From Octopus sinensis (Eukaryota): DNA of 64,000 bases. The position numbers were made by a program, and so were the translations under genes. The stretch covers positions 135,718,001-135,782,000 of the forward strand of contig NC_042998.1 in the NCBI RefSeq assembly GCF_006345805.1. The letters run 5' to 3'. The notes beneath the pieces are model-generated. The model did not search any database. It saw only the letters and a list, made by a program, of their open reading frames with translations, and was not told where the DNA came from. Positions 1-13,250 of this stretch are shown one piece after another; the first letter of the stretch is position 1, and the number at the start of each line of letters is the position of its first letter.

Positions 1-559
1 TCGCCGATCTAAGAGAGCTTATAAAGTTCACAGGTATTGCTACTCTTCATCAGATTAACTTAAAAAAATATTGGTCCCATCGTTTTTAGTGTATGAACAT
101 CAATAGGTCTAAGAGTTCAAGTATAAATTTAAAATATCTTTCTGGTACTTATAAATATTCATTTTCATAAAAATTTGCATTGTGACTATTTAAATAAAAT
201 AAAATTCAAAAATATACTTTGTAATTTATTTTATTTAAGTAGACTTTATAATTTACCCTTATCTATGGTCAAGAATTATGGGTGACCACTTGAAGTGATG
301 AAAATGGCATTTTCTAAAGGGTCGCTCTAATAATGCTTTCAATCTTTGGCACAGGGCCAGCAATTTCAGAGGAGAGATAGGTTGATTAGATCAACCTCAG
401 TGCCCAACTGGTACTTGTTTTATTGACCCTGAAAGGATGATAAAAGTTGATCTCAGTAGAATTTGAACCCAGAATGTAAAGATGGTTGAAATGCAGCTAA
501 GCATTTTACCCGGTGTGCTAACGATTCAGCCAGTTTGCCATCTTAAGGGTCACTCTAAT

Positions 560-935
560 AATATTACTCAAATGATAAGGTGTGAAGCTTGAAAATCAGT
601 GGTCCATTGCAGGCCGAGCCACTATTTCTCTATATTGAGAGGTCACAATTCTGGTACTACAAACATGTTGTTAGAATGTTTGAGAAAAGAATCAAAGGGA
701 AGATTTTGCAACCAAGGCCAACCAGTAAGAAGTGTAGGAGAACTAGACCACAAGTGAGATGGTTGCATAATGTCCATAACATCTATGGCTTCAGTTTGAT
801 TTACTCAAAGATCTGGCTTGATTATATGCTGATGGTTGCTTTCATCAGGACACCCAGGAGAGCATTTCTGAGGACTCTACCCCCCCTGACCCACACAGGA
901 ATAAGTGGGTGGTGAAAATGAATGAATGAATGGAT
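560..935 (+). mobile_element. RTE-clade LINE 3' fragment with (ATGA)n tail
   Basis: Translation LQAEPLFLYIERSQFWYYKHVVRM...RPQVRW resembles the RTE C-terminus (EPLLLRIERSQLRWFGHV.RM...RPRTRW), followed by a short 3' UTR and aatgaatgaatgaatggatg. Confidence 0.75.
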
Positions 936-2689
936 GCACAAAAACCTTTAAGGAAACTAAAAGAAAATTTTTTTTTAAAAAAGGGTTAAAACATAAATTA
1001 AAGCTAAATAAGCAGAACTAATGGAAAACACACAGAATGAGAAAGAGTTTCAAAAAGCCTGGAAGTTAGGGAATGGTAAACAAAGTAAATAATTATGGCT
1101 TTATCTGATATTTTCATTGTTTGTGGTTATGATTAGAAAATTAGATTTTTATATATCTTGAGGAAAGGGGGAAAAAAGGGAAACATTGCAAAACAATGTT
1201 TGTAATATCCAAATAAAAATATACCATTTACCATTTTGTTGAGAAACAATTTTGAAATATCACAGATGAAGTTGAATTTAGGTTTTTTTTTGTTATTCAG
1301 TAGTACCACTAGTTAGAAGTAGTACTAAATTATTAAATATACACACAAAATATGAAACAGTTCTACCAATCACCACGAAAAATTGCAAAGTAATGTTTTT
1401 TTTTCCATTTTTTCCTAAAATTGTTATACTAGTTAGAACTAGCTAGAAATAGGTTAAACAATATTGAATTGATGAACCAAATACAATGCATTAAGCATGA
1501 CAAGTTGTGCCAAACAGTTTTACTAGTTACATTGACTTTGCAACAATTTAAATATATCATTAATTAATTATAAATTAATACTACATCATTAATTCTAAAG
1601 GTTGCTCAATAATTTACAGTGATTATTAAGATATATTTGAATTGAGAAATTACTTCACTGTATTTTGTGAGAAAAATTTAAACATGGTTCATGATTTAAA
1701 CACACACACATGACTCATACACATAAACAAGAATATTGATTTTCATACAGTTTTCAGAAGTAGAAATAGTGTATTTTGAATGTTAAACCTGCTGTAAAAT
1801 GAAATCTTCAGAGAATTCTATGACTGGTGAGTTGAAGAAATTAAGGGTGTTCATAGCAAAATGGCTTAATATATACAAGGGATGACTGGAAGTAAAACAG
1901 CTAAGATGGACGGACAGACAGATACCGAGTAGGTAGGATAGGTTACAGTTACAGAAAAGATAGAGAGACAATTACATACATGGTGAGCTAACATTAACAG
2001 ATTGGATGTATAGGAACCTATCATAAGATAGGTTTTGCTCAAATGAACATTTAAAGTTTTACCAATGGAATTGATAAGAAGTATTTCAATAGCAATAAAA
2101 AAAATTAATTCTTATGAATAGGGAAAATTGTTGAAGTGTTCAACAGACCTTGGCTAAAATGTGTTTTAATCTATGAAAAGTAAATTAGATTCTCTGCTGA
2201 TATCTCAAAACTAATTCAAATAAATCCCTAAACAAACACACATTAGTGTCAGCATTTATTTATCTAAATCTGTGATATATATCATCACCATCATCCTCAT
2301 CAATGTCATCTTCATTTTAATGTCCACTTTTCCACACTTGCATGGGTCAGACAGAATTCATTGAATGATAATTTTCTATGGCTGGACACTCTTCCTGTTG
2401 CCAACTTCTATTTCCAAATAAGGTAATATTTCCCCATGGCCAGGCCTGCTTACACAGAAGATTAGAAATGAACAACACTGCTTATGTGAAGGTGAGGATT
2501 GTTTACAATTATTGCTCAATAACAAGACAAGGAGGCACAAACACATACATACAAACAAACAAACGAGTGTGCACATGTATGTGTGTGTGCATCTTTTATT
2601 TATTTCAGTCTTTTAGACTGCAACCATGCTGGAGCACTGCCTAAGAATTTTAGTTAAACATACCAACCTAGCACTTATTTTTTCCACTG

Positions 2690-3458
2690 AGGTTGGGGAT
2701 GCATCTTTGCTGATTGTGAACAATGAACTTGGTTTTACTAGGATTAACGAGTAGTCCAACATCATGTGAAGCTAATTCTAGACTGTGATGTAAGTGAGTG
2801 GAGTTGGATATTGTGTCAGAGAGCAAGGCTAAATTATCAGCATAGTCCAAATTGGTTATCTTTTGGCCCAGATGTTTGATCAATCTTCTTTTTGCGAGTG
2901 TGAAACTGAGAATGTTTAGATTGTCAAGTGATGTTCTGAGGACAAAGCCCACAGTGATCACAAAGAGAAAAGGTGCCAGTATGTACTCCTGGAGTATTCA
3001 GGCTTTGATATTGTTATAGAACATCATAATTGCTGTTGTGTTTATTCAAGAATACCATAGACCGGTAGTATTTTTTCCATTTTACCATGATGGATGGAGT
3101 CAAAAGCCTTTGAGAAATCAACGAACAGTAATTCTGCTTCAAGATTTCTGGCTTTTACTTCTTCCAATAGTTAATCTATTCTTTCTGAAACTATTTTAAT
3201 TTCTTGCCAAAACTTAATTTCTGATTGTATCCTGTTGAGTAGGAATGAATTATAAATTTTTGCAGTGATGGTTGTAAGAATGATACCTTTGTAGTTCTTT
3301 GTGAGAAATTGCCTTTCTTGGGAAATGGGAGTATGCAGTATTCTGTCTATTTGTCCATATTGCCTCTATTGTAGACCTTATTGTCAAAGCCTAACACAAT
3401 ATCATTGAATTTTCCTGTTTTCCAAACTTCAGGTAGAATGTTATCCAGTCCAGCAGCT
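2690..3458 (-). mobile_element. Decayed RTE-like LINE reverse transcriptase fragment
   Basis: Minus-strand motifs AAGLDNILPEVWK, LPFPKKG, FVDFSKAFDSI, LAPFLF, LDYADNLALL, interrupted by stops and frameshifts. Confidence 0.85.
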
Positions 3459-3980
3459 GTTACACACACACACACACACATATACATTAGAATCCAGAAC
3501 CTGGTTGTAGTCCTATTTTTCCTCAGTTCAAAGATTTGAGCAAAGTTGACTCCAACATCAGGACCAACTTCATGTATGCAAAATACTGCTCCTCTAAATG
3601 GAAACCTTTTCCATCATGGTTTTGTGGCATGAAGCAAAGAAAGCCTTGCCATTCACTCAAGAAAACACATAGTAAATGATCCAAAAGCACTCAAGCAAAC
3701 TGAGTCCTCAACTTGTTCCATTTGCCAAATGGTTTGCAAGGCACCAGCAGGCCTCAAGAGACACATTTGTGTCCATAGAACATGATTAATGCTGGGCATC
3801 CTACTGTAGAAACTTTGCCAGATCAGGCTGAGCCTGGTGCAGCCTTTTGGCTCACCAGTCCTCAATCAAGCTGTCCAACCCATGCCAGCATGGAAAGCAG
3901 ATGTTAACAACAATGATGATACACACACATACATATATGTACATATATATATATATGTATATATATATACATATATATTT

Positions 3981-4532
3981 GTGATTAATGAGAGACAGAA
4001 GATACAAGAATCTTTATTGATCACTACAAATGTTTCAATCCAACTAGCATCGATCCCTCACAGGTGGGATACTATACAACTAGTTTAAGTGCATCCTTTG
4101 GTGTAGATCTTTCCTCAGGTGATTTCAAGAGGTATCTCATTAAAATAATCTGTTTCATAATTCTTCTTGGTCTTCATATATAGAAATGATGAATTAAGGG
4201 ATACAGCTTCGTTCCATAACAAAAATTAGATACATAAAGTGTTTCTTTATGTATCTGATCTTTGTTACAGATCTATGGATCTTCTATAAGAACAAAGATG
4301 TATCCCTTAATTTACCATTTATATATATGAAGACCAAGAAGAAATCTTGTAAAACAGAGTTCATTTTAATGAGATACCTCTTGAGATCGCCTGAGGAAAC
4401 ACATCTACACCAAGGGATGTGTCTAAACCAGCTGTATAGTATCTCACCTGTGAGGGATTGATGCTGGATTGGTTGAAATAATTGTAGTGATCAATAAAGA
4501 TTCTCATATCTTCCATCTCTCTCATTAATCAC
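3981..4532. mobile_element. ~550-bp foldback (long inverted repeat) element
   Basis: Ends gtgattaatgagag / ctctcattaatcac. The arms are reverse-complementary along their length and meet at agatacataaag-tgttt-ctttatgtatct. No TSD seen. Confidence 0.85.
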
Positions 4533-4615
4533 ATACCCAATGTACAGAGCCAATGAACGTGTTTTAACGCAAACTACCAGGTCTATACCATACAATTATT
4601 TATTAACTAATATTA

Positions 4616-4679
<64 letters not shown>

Positions 4680-4718
4680 CTTGGACTTTGGATATATGTC
4701 TATCAGTATGTCAATTAA

Positions 4719-4934
4719 CCCTTTTGTTACCGGCTGAAACCAGCTCTGGCTCTGAGTAAAAATGTCTTGTTTTCCTAAGTTTTGAATTAAAATCTTCCAC
4801 CAAACCTTAGTCACAATTTTATGTTCCTAACACTAGCTGAATGATAACTAAGTTAATTTACTAAATTCTTTGTTATATTTAAAGTAATTGAAAGAAACGC
4901 AGAGCATCTCAAAATAAATACAGTAACAAAAGAG
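4719..4934. mobile_element. piggyBac-type MITE (216 bp)
   Basis: TTAA at 4715-18 and 4935-38. Termini CCCTTTTGTTAC / GTAACAAAAGAG. Confidence 0.85.
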
Positions 4935-5033
4935 TTAAAGTACATTCACCATTTGGGCTACCTGAGGTTATCCACAATAACAATATAATTTTCACTGGAT
5001 CTATGTCAGGAAATCTGCAGTGCTTGTTGAGTT

Positions 5034-5247
5034 TATAATTGATGAAGGAAGTGGAAAATGGATTTAGTATGGAACTTCATTCAGCACAGCGATAGTTTTG
5101 ACCCATAGGGGTAGAATATTGTGGATCAACATGACAAGATGCACAATATCCTACCCCTGTGGGACAGATGCAGGATGGGCTGAAACGATTGTCATGCTGA
5201 ATAACGATCTGTACTAAATCCATCTTCTGCTTACTTTATCAATTATA
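5034..5247. mobile_element. Hairpin/MITE-like inverted repeat (~210 bp)
   Basis: Arms tataattgat...cccataggggtagaatattgtggatc and gatgcacaatatcctacccctgtggg...atcaattata with a ~10-nt loop and a ~13-nt indel. Confidence 0.75.
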
Positions 5248-5835
5248 TATATAGTTTATTGTTCTGCTCAACAAAAAATGTACTCCATCCAGTAAGAGAT
5301 AGACATCATTTAATATAAACAATATTTATATATGAGCTTTGATTAGTTTTATACTATGGAAACACAATAAATGGGTAGATTATATGTTTTGCTTAAGTAT
5401 ACAATATAGCTGGTTTTATTTGTTCTTTCTCACTTTCTCTAGTAAGACCAGCCATGTTGTGTACATGAGCCAGATGGATTGCTTGGAGGTATAAAGCATG
5501 ACGTTTAAATCTGCTGATTATTGTGATTCCACAACATGAAGCTAAAAGTAGCTTGTATTTAAATACAGTGTATATTAAATTATATATATATCATCCTCAT
5601 TTAACATCTGTTTCCCCAGCTGACATGGGAAGGATGGTTTGACAAACTGGCAAGTCAGAAGACTGCAACATATATACATATATGTATATTTGGTGATATG
5701 CTAAGAAAAGGTGTATAGTACCAGAAATTTTGACAAGTCAAATATATCAAACTACTTGAAATTATTGTTGGGGTATTCACATAAATGGAGCCAAACCAAT
5801 TTCAAAATATCACTATTTGGTTTGATTATTATAAC

Positions 5836-5872
<37 letters not shown>

Positions 5873-8384
5873 ATAGATACACGTAGTATGTAGACATGGT
5901 TATAATCCAAGCTGTGTCAGGAAGCACATCTGCATATTTCAATACTCCAAAATCATAAGTAGATGCTAAAATTGTGTGAGGCATGCATAAGGGTTGAAAA
6001 ATACTGGAAAATGGCTTTTGCAGAGTAATTATATATCAAAATAGAAAACTGGGAAAAGATTTTTGGCACTATTTATTCACCATTACATTTATTATTTGCT
6101 AATAGGAGTCACAAAATTTGTACATGTAGGAAAAACGAGTAAGATATCTCCTGATATCCTACTGCTATGGATACCAAATAAAACATGTGTAATGGTGAAT
6201 AAATTATACCAAAACTTTTTCCAATATCCTGTATATATATATATATACACATATGTATACACACACGTATGTTTCTTTTTAGGAGTATCTTTGTTTAAGA
6301 TGGTGAGGTTTAGTTTCAGGAAGATTTGGTAGTTGTTTCTAGTGAATTGTTAGTTTGTATAAGGAGATGGTAGTTGTTGCTATTGTCAGTACTAATCAAG
6401 CAAGACTAGGTTTTCAAGACATTCCAGCCATGATCATCCAGTGTTTTGAGGAGAATCAAAGATTATATTATCAAATGTGGTAACCCTCCCCACCTCACTA
6501 TATCAATTGTTTTAATCAGGAAAAAATGCAGTGCCTATGACCCTTTATAGGATCTTTGAAACTGGGCCTATATGCATGCAACAACATTGTTTCTATTAAA
6601 GGTGTTCAAGGTGCCAAGTGGTTGTACTAACCAGGCAATGGATTAAGTAAACCATACAAAGATTTGAAATCAAAACAAAAAGAGCTGGAATAAATACTGC
6701 AAGGTATCTGGTCCAACACTCTTACATTTCTACTAATCCATCACTCTGGATTGGTTTGTTTTTGTTGACCCCAGAAAAATGAGAGGCAAAGCTGACCTCA
6801 GATTTGGACTCTATAGCACAGAGAATTGGAACAAATACCAGAAGGCTCCAATGATTCTATCAATTGATCACCAGCAAGACAGATGATTTGTGGAATATTT
6901 TGCTGCTGATATATTGGTTCTCATTGGTTTATCAATATGGAATGCTAATGGAGGACTCAACAGAATTTTATTAATTTTTACAGAATTTCTTTTACCCAAT
7001 TAAGAGCCAAATGACTGGCAATATGACTGTTATGGTTAAGGCAGTGAGCTGGGAGAATTGTTAGCACACTGGCATTTTGTCTGTCTTCACATTCTGAGTT
7101 CAACTTCTGCAAAGTCCACTTTGCCTTTCCTCCTATTGAAGTTAGTAAAGTAAGTACCAGTTGCACACTGGGGTCAAGGTAATCAACTTACCTTCTCCCC
7201 ACAAAATTGCTGGCCTTATGCCAAAATTTGAAATCAATATGATTGTTATGGTTAAGGTGGCAAGCTAGCAGAAATGTTAGCATGCCAGGCAAAATGTTTA
7301 GTAGTATTTTGTTGGTCTTTACATTCTGAGTTCAAATTCCGGCGAGGTCAATTTTGCCTTTCATCCATTCAGGGCCGATACCAGTTGCTTCCCTCACCCC
7401 AATAGTTCAGGCCTATAGTAGAAAGGGATATGATTATAATTTCTTGCAATTCCTGACAGCTAACATTCCAAGATAGTTGTTAGCTATGAGGTAGGATACT
7501 GCATCGTTCAAAAAATCTTATGCTTCCCAAAATTCACCAACACTACAGCTAAAATGCCTATACACCCTTTGTTTTTTTGATTTTTATCCTGAGAACCACA
7601 GATGTACTTTTAGCTTTCACTACTGTCTTTCTTTACTTGATTTGTTGCTGCTTTCTGTCTTCTCTTTCACACTTTTTTGATGAGTTGTAATGCACCTGAC
7701 CAATGTATACAGTAAGCTCATTATTAATTTATTATTACACTTAGTTATACCAGTGATTGCTAGCCTGTGTCTCATGAAATTGTTCAAATTTAGAATATTT
7801 CATCTCTGATTTTTCAATAATGCATTATAAAATTAAGAAAAAAATTACTTATTCTATCAACATCTGTTTACTCTCACACACAAACTAAAAAACATTTCCA
7901 GGCAAAATTCTGGTTTAAATACCCCTTATATACTGTCATAACTTTTTCATTTTTTAGAATTTTCAGAAAAGTTTTGCAAATTTGTGTTCTACACACAGGA
8001 ATTCATATGGTTATGCCAAAAATTTTTTTTAAAGTGTGTGATTTAAGGAAGATTTAGCTGTTGTTTTTAGTATATCCCATGATCACCTGGTATGACCTGT
8101 TACATGATGTGCTTCAATCCAGAATCTATAATAGGCTGTGCATATGCACGGACATTTTATACCTTTTGAATTTGAATTTCATAAGTTATTTTAAAATTAT
8201 ATACAGAAACAAATGAAAGATTCAGACTATCTATGTGTGTGTGTGTGTGTGTGTATGTGGAATTTTTTAAAATGAATTAAATCATAATTTTGTTCATTTA
8301 CATTTTATTTAACAACTATATGTGGTTTAACTTGGAACGAAGCATGTTTATATTGTGTCATCTTGTTATATAGATCTAGAAAAT

Positions 8385-8713
8385 TCATAAAGATCAGATA
8401 CAAAAAATAATAAATACACAATATAGTGAAAAAGTATTTCTTTTTGCATCTGATATTTGTTACAGATCTTCAATAAGAATGAAGCTGTATCCCTTAATTT
8501 GCAATTTCTATATATGAAGAATAAGAAAAAATCTTGCAAAACAAAGTATATTTTAATGAGATGCCTCTTGAAATCACCTGATGAGACACATCTACACTGA
8601 GGGATACACCTAAATCAGTTGTATAGTATCCCACCTGCAATGGATCGATGCTAGATGAGTTGAAACAATTATAGGGATCAATAAAAATTCTCGTATCTTT
8701 CATCTTCCATCTA
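8385..8713. mobile_element. Second, asymmetric copy of the 3981-4532 foldback (one arm plus a stub of the other)
   Basis: 8430-8712 aligns by eye to 4245-4525. The stub aaagatcagataca at ~8390 is the inverted inner arm. Confidence 0.8.
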
Positions 8714-9254
8714 TTACATTCTATTTAACAACTATATGTGAAAAGAAGCATGTTTATATTGTGCTGTCTCATTTTTAGAGAAACAAAAGTGTGCCACTGA
8801 GTTACACGGTTGACTAAATGGTGGTGGTCAGTGATTAGCAAAGGACAGAGATAACTGGAGATCACTCACTGTAGACCTACCCAACCCACACTAACAGTTA
8901 TAAATAAGAAGCAGAGGGTTAATAGTACAAGTGTGTGTGGGTGTGTGTCACACATGGTACTCTCTCACAAATTTTTTTCTCCCTTACTCTTTCATGTTAT
9001 ATCTGTCTCTCTTTCTCTGTGTGTGTGTATGTGTGTGTATGCGCACGCATGCATGAGCATAGTGAAGACAAGTAAGCTTCAGTGTTTGAATACATACCTG
9101 CCTGCGCATGCATGCACACACACACACACACACACACATTAACTTCAAGACCTTGTTATCTTAAATTTTGCAAAGCATTTTGCTCTGTTTTTGAGTTATT
9201 CAGTTGTTATTCTTAAATTAGCTTTAAAGAATAGACTTAACACACACATCTGTT

Positions 9255-9297
<43 letters not shown>

Positions 9298-9303
9298 TAT
9301 AAT

Positions 9304-9359
<56 letters not shown>

Positions 9360-9569
9360 AGAACTACTTAAATATCTGTATTGATATATAAACAGCATAA
9401 AATGTATACATAGTAATTAAAAACCCAATAACACATTGTTAAACTTCAAAACACTGTTACAATGCAGTAAATCCTAGTGGAATATATTTGCATGTTTCTA
9501 TAGAATCAGCTAAAAAAAAGTTGAGAGCAACATAATTAGAATAAAAATCAGAAAGGCATAAATTTCATG

Positions 9570-9757
9570 TAGCTGTTTCAATAGAGTAAAAACATTATCA
9601 TTTATATAATTGTGTACTGAATATACATAATTAGTTAATTCAAAAATGATGGGTTAACCATTTCTCCAGGAGAATCATTAGCTTATCACTTTTAAATTTA
9701 TTATGCTAATTATGTAATTATATATACAATAATGTTTTTACTCTATTGAAACAGCTG
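9570..9757. mobile_element. Tc1/mariner-type MITE (188 bp)
   Basis: TIRs (t/c)AGCTGTTTCAATAGAGTAAAAACATTAT, TA at 9758-9 on the right, imperfect arms extending ~65 bp. Confidence 0.75.
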
Positions 9758-11166
9758 TAGAGCACAATTAACTTATGAATTATATGTGAAATGAGTGTGA
9801 GAGAATATGAGATGATGTAAGATGGCAGAGAGAGAGAGAGAGAGAAACAAAAAGATATATGTGTGTATGTGAGAGAGAAGGTACGCATGTAGAGAGGAGT
9901 ATGGAGAGATATGAACCAATGTTATTGTATTCATGTGAGATATTCACAGCCATTACATAAGGATATTTCATGCTTCACATAGACACCAGGATCAGCAGGA
10001 TAACTTATGATCTGATGAAGATGAAGATAATGAAGGATTATTAGCGAGCTTTCCATAAATTACACCCACGAAATCAAGACAAGCTTCATATAAGAAGCTT
10101 CTCTGACACACAAACTGCAATAACAGTGAAATTATTAAAACTAAATGGCAAACAACTGCAATCGGAAATCAATTAGTTGAAATGAGAAATTAATTATTGT
10201 ATTGAATTATTGATAATTTTATACTGTTTTCAACAGCAACAACAATTACAACAATCACAAAATGGACAACATGATATTTTTTACTAAAAAGAAAAGAAAA
10301 GCTCCTCCAAGAACATGTTGACTAATTATCACAGGTATACTGATTCCTTGGTTGTCTCAGCAATAGAATCAGATAAAATTGAGATTAGAGAGAGACATAG
10401 GCATGGAGACGTCACATAAAATAAATTTTAGATGGCATGGAGTTAAAAATTCAGGTGGATTTAAGTGGATTTGATCAGCTTTTTGCATTTAACAAAAGAT
10501 TAGTTGAATAAAATAAATATATAAATAAAGCACAACAATATTTGGGTTTCTTTCCTTTTTTTTTCCACTTTTTTCTTTTAGATTTAAATGTCAAAATGAT
10601 GACAGTATTTGGTTTAGTCTAATATATTTTCCGTAGACAGTAAAACAATTTATGACTGACATATCATGCACACATACATACATGTACATATATGCATACA
10701 TACATACACACACATATGCATACATATATGCACACTCATAAACATACAAAGTTGATTAGTCAGAAAACGGCCATTATTTAAAAAGCTGGTTAACTGTTGT
10801 TAGTGACAATGTTTTAAGGAAATTAGCATGATCTAAGGAATAAGGCATTGGTCAACTGTAGCTGAAGAAGCAGGTTCAATGTTGGCTAGCAGCTGGTGGA
10901 GGAATAATTTCATTAACTAATGTTGTCTAATTATGAAATTGTGTGCAGTAAAAAACATTCAGTGAAAAAACAAACAAACAAAACAAACAGAAAACAAAAA
11001 TACATCATTAGTTCACTACTCATATATCTATAACAATATTTCTCAAAAACTTCATCCAATGTATCATGGATGGGATGAAGGGTAGGGAAGGAGTAAAATA
11101 AAAATAAAATGCAAAAATAAAACCTTTTAAGGACTTCCAGAAAATAATATCAGGCACGTCCTGCGT

Positions 11167-11172
11167 TTTATT
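11167..11172 (-). promoter_or_regulatory. Candidate proximal polyadenylation signal AATAAA
   Basis: Nearest AATAAA downstream of the stop (~75 nt). The sequence is AT-rich, so a chance match is likely. Confidence 0.2.
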
Positions 11173-11244
11173 TAATAAGTTATGAAAATAATAAATGATA
11201 TTACATATCATCACTACTATAGACTCTGCTTTAGTCATTTGCAG

Positions 11245-11538
11245 CTATACTACAAATTCATCTTCCCCAAGTTTAATAGACTCTAGATTCTTTTCCCAGT
11301 CATCATAATATTGCCGATGTTCAGTTCGGTTAGGAGAGGGTCCTAACCAAGACGACGAGTGATTTGATGGTGTAGAAGAAGAAGAAGAGAGGAGATTGGG
11401 AGCAGAGTTTCTTTCTCGATTCACTTTCTCTTTATGATCTAATTCAGTCAATAGCAGTTTAATACGTTCCTTCAAGGTTTGGATATCCTCTGCAGCAGAA
11501 ATATTGGAACAACTGGACAAACTCCGACAGCCAATAGC
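11245..11538 (-). CDS. Terminal coding exon: coiled coil (EDIQTLKERIKLLLTELDHKEK), Ser-rich linker, C-terminus ...GEDEFVV*
   Basis: Acceptor ttttttaaatcttttttgttttag at 11539-40. Phase 0, reads AIGCRS then the track ORF 11245..11520. TAG stop at 11245-7. Confidence 0.85.
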   Translation of the reverse strand, partial: AIGCRSLSSCSNISAAEDIQTLKERIKLLLTELDHKEKVNRERNSAPNLLSSSSSTPSNHSSSWLGPSPNRTEHRQYYDDWEKNLESIKLGEDEFVV

Positions 11539-11772
11539 CTAAAACAAAAAAGATTTAAAAAAATATTGATCGGGTAGAAAACAAGATATCATAAATTGAG
11601 TTGTTTTTTTTAATAAATAATATTGAATTTTAACAAAATCACAATGATTCAAATATTGGGGAAGAGCTTATACATTATTAAATTTGACAACAGTTGTTAT
11701 CAGCCACTCTCAAAAGGACAAAAGTTAAGCCAGTCACCATGGGATTTGAACTTAGACATCAAGCTTTCTTAA

Positions 11773-13250
11773 CCCTTTCATTACCAAACCGCCCCAAAAA
11801 ATTTTGGTTCATGTGACCAAGCGGCCTGTAATCACCTATTCATATTTAAATGAGAATATCAGAGCAAATCTCGTTAGTACATTCGTGAAAACACATGATT
11901 ATACTTCGTAAACAGTTCATCTATAGTTCTGTACAACGATCAACGTGTAATTTTAATTCTGTGAATTTTGGGAGATTTTTTTCCCCATTTCTTCCTGTTG
12001 TGTTTTCAAAATTTGTAATTCTGACAAAAAAATGGATACGAATTTCATTCTGTCAAGCAGTGAGTCAGAATTCGAAGGGTTTTCCACTGAAGACCCTGAT
12101 AAATCTAACTCTATGACTGACAAACAAAAAAGCACGTGGTATTTGATAATGAATCTGATGTTTCATTTTCCGAAAGTGAAAGCAGTGAATCCGAGAGCTC
12201 TGACAGTGATAAAGAAAATGAATTGGCGCCCGAATGGAGTGAAAATTTAAAAACTGTTTCTTTCAATGATTTTTCTGAAGAAACTGGACCAAGTCACAGT
12301 CTTTCCCAGGAGAGTAAAGCCTTAGACTATTTCTTTTTACTTTTTCTAATGAGCCTATTTGAAACCATTACGGCGGAAACAAACCGTTACGCTGAATGTA
12401 AACAAAGCGAAAAAAAGGATAGTTTGTGGTTTCCCACAACCTTAAATGAAATTAAGGCCTATTTTGCCATAAATATTATATGGGTATCAGAAAGTTACCC
12501 AGAATAACAAATTACTGGAGTAGCGATGAGCCCTTAGGAGACGAATATGTATCAAGTATAATGATGAGGACATGAGTTTTGAAATTGACTGAGTATTTGC
12601 ATGTAAGAGACATGAGCAGTACACCAATACGTGGAGAACCAGGCTTTGATCCCTTATTTAAAATAAGACTCCTTATTGACTGTGTTCAAAACACATATAA
12701 AACTGTTTATAAACCGGGGAGATGTTTATCAATTGATGAGGGTATGGTGGGTTATAAAGGCCGAGTACGTTTTCGACAGTATATGCCAGGAAAGCCCATA
12801 AAATGGGGATCAAAGTTTGGAAGATTTGCGAATCGAATACTGGGTACTGCTCTGGATTTGAATTTTATACTGGCAAAAGAGACAATCATGTAAGTCAGCA
12901 TGGCCTAGGGTACGATGTGGTCTGGAATTCATCACTTCCATACCATAACCAGGGCCGTATATTATTTTTTGACCGATTTTTCAGTTCGGTCAAACTTGTG
13001 GAGAATTTAGATACTGTGACAACACATACATGTGCTACAGTGATCGCTAGTAGAAAAGGACTGCCGTTGGATATAAAAAAAGCAAATTTAAAAAAAAAAG
13101 GTGAAATAATTCAACGGCAGAAAGGAAATTTGCTAGCAACTGCATACAGAGATAAGAGGCAGATCAATTTTCTGTCTACCCGTGCACGGCCACATGTGGA
13201 TGAAAATGGCACGCCATTTGTGAACCTTGATTATAACAAGTACATGGGCG
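11773..13250 (+). mobile_element. piggyBac transposon, left end intact, frameshifted DDE_Tnp_1_7 (PGBD4-like) transposase, right part lost
   Basis: TTAA at 11769-72 then CCCTTTCATTAC. Transposase from ATG 12032 spread over several frames with SIDEGM, YMPGKPIKWGIKVW, FFDRFFSS, DYNKYMG. Breaks off at a (TA)n tract near 13250. Confidence 0.93.

Noticed and set aside
1805-1832. Possible 15-nt microexon (cttcag|AGAATTCTATGACTG|gtgagt)
   Set aside because: No polypyrimidine tract and no plus-strand gene to host it.
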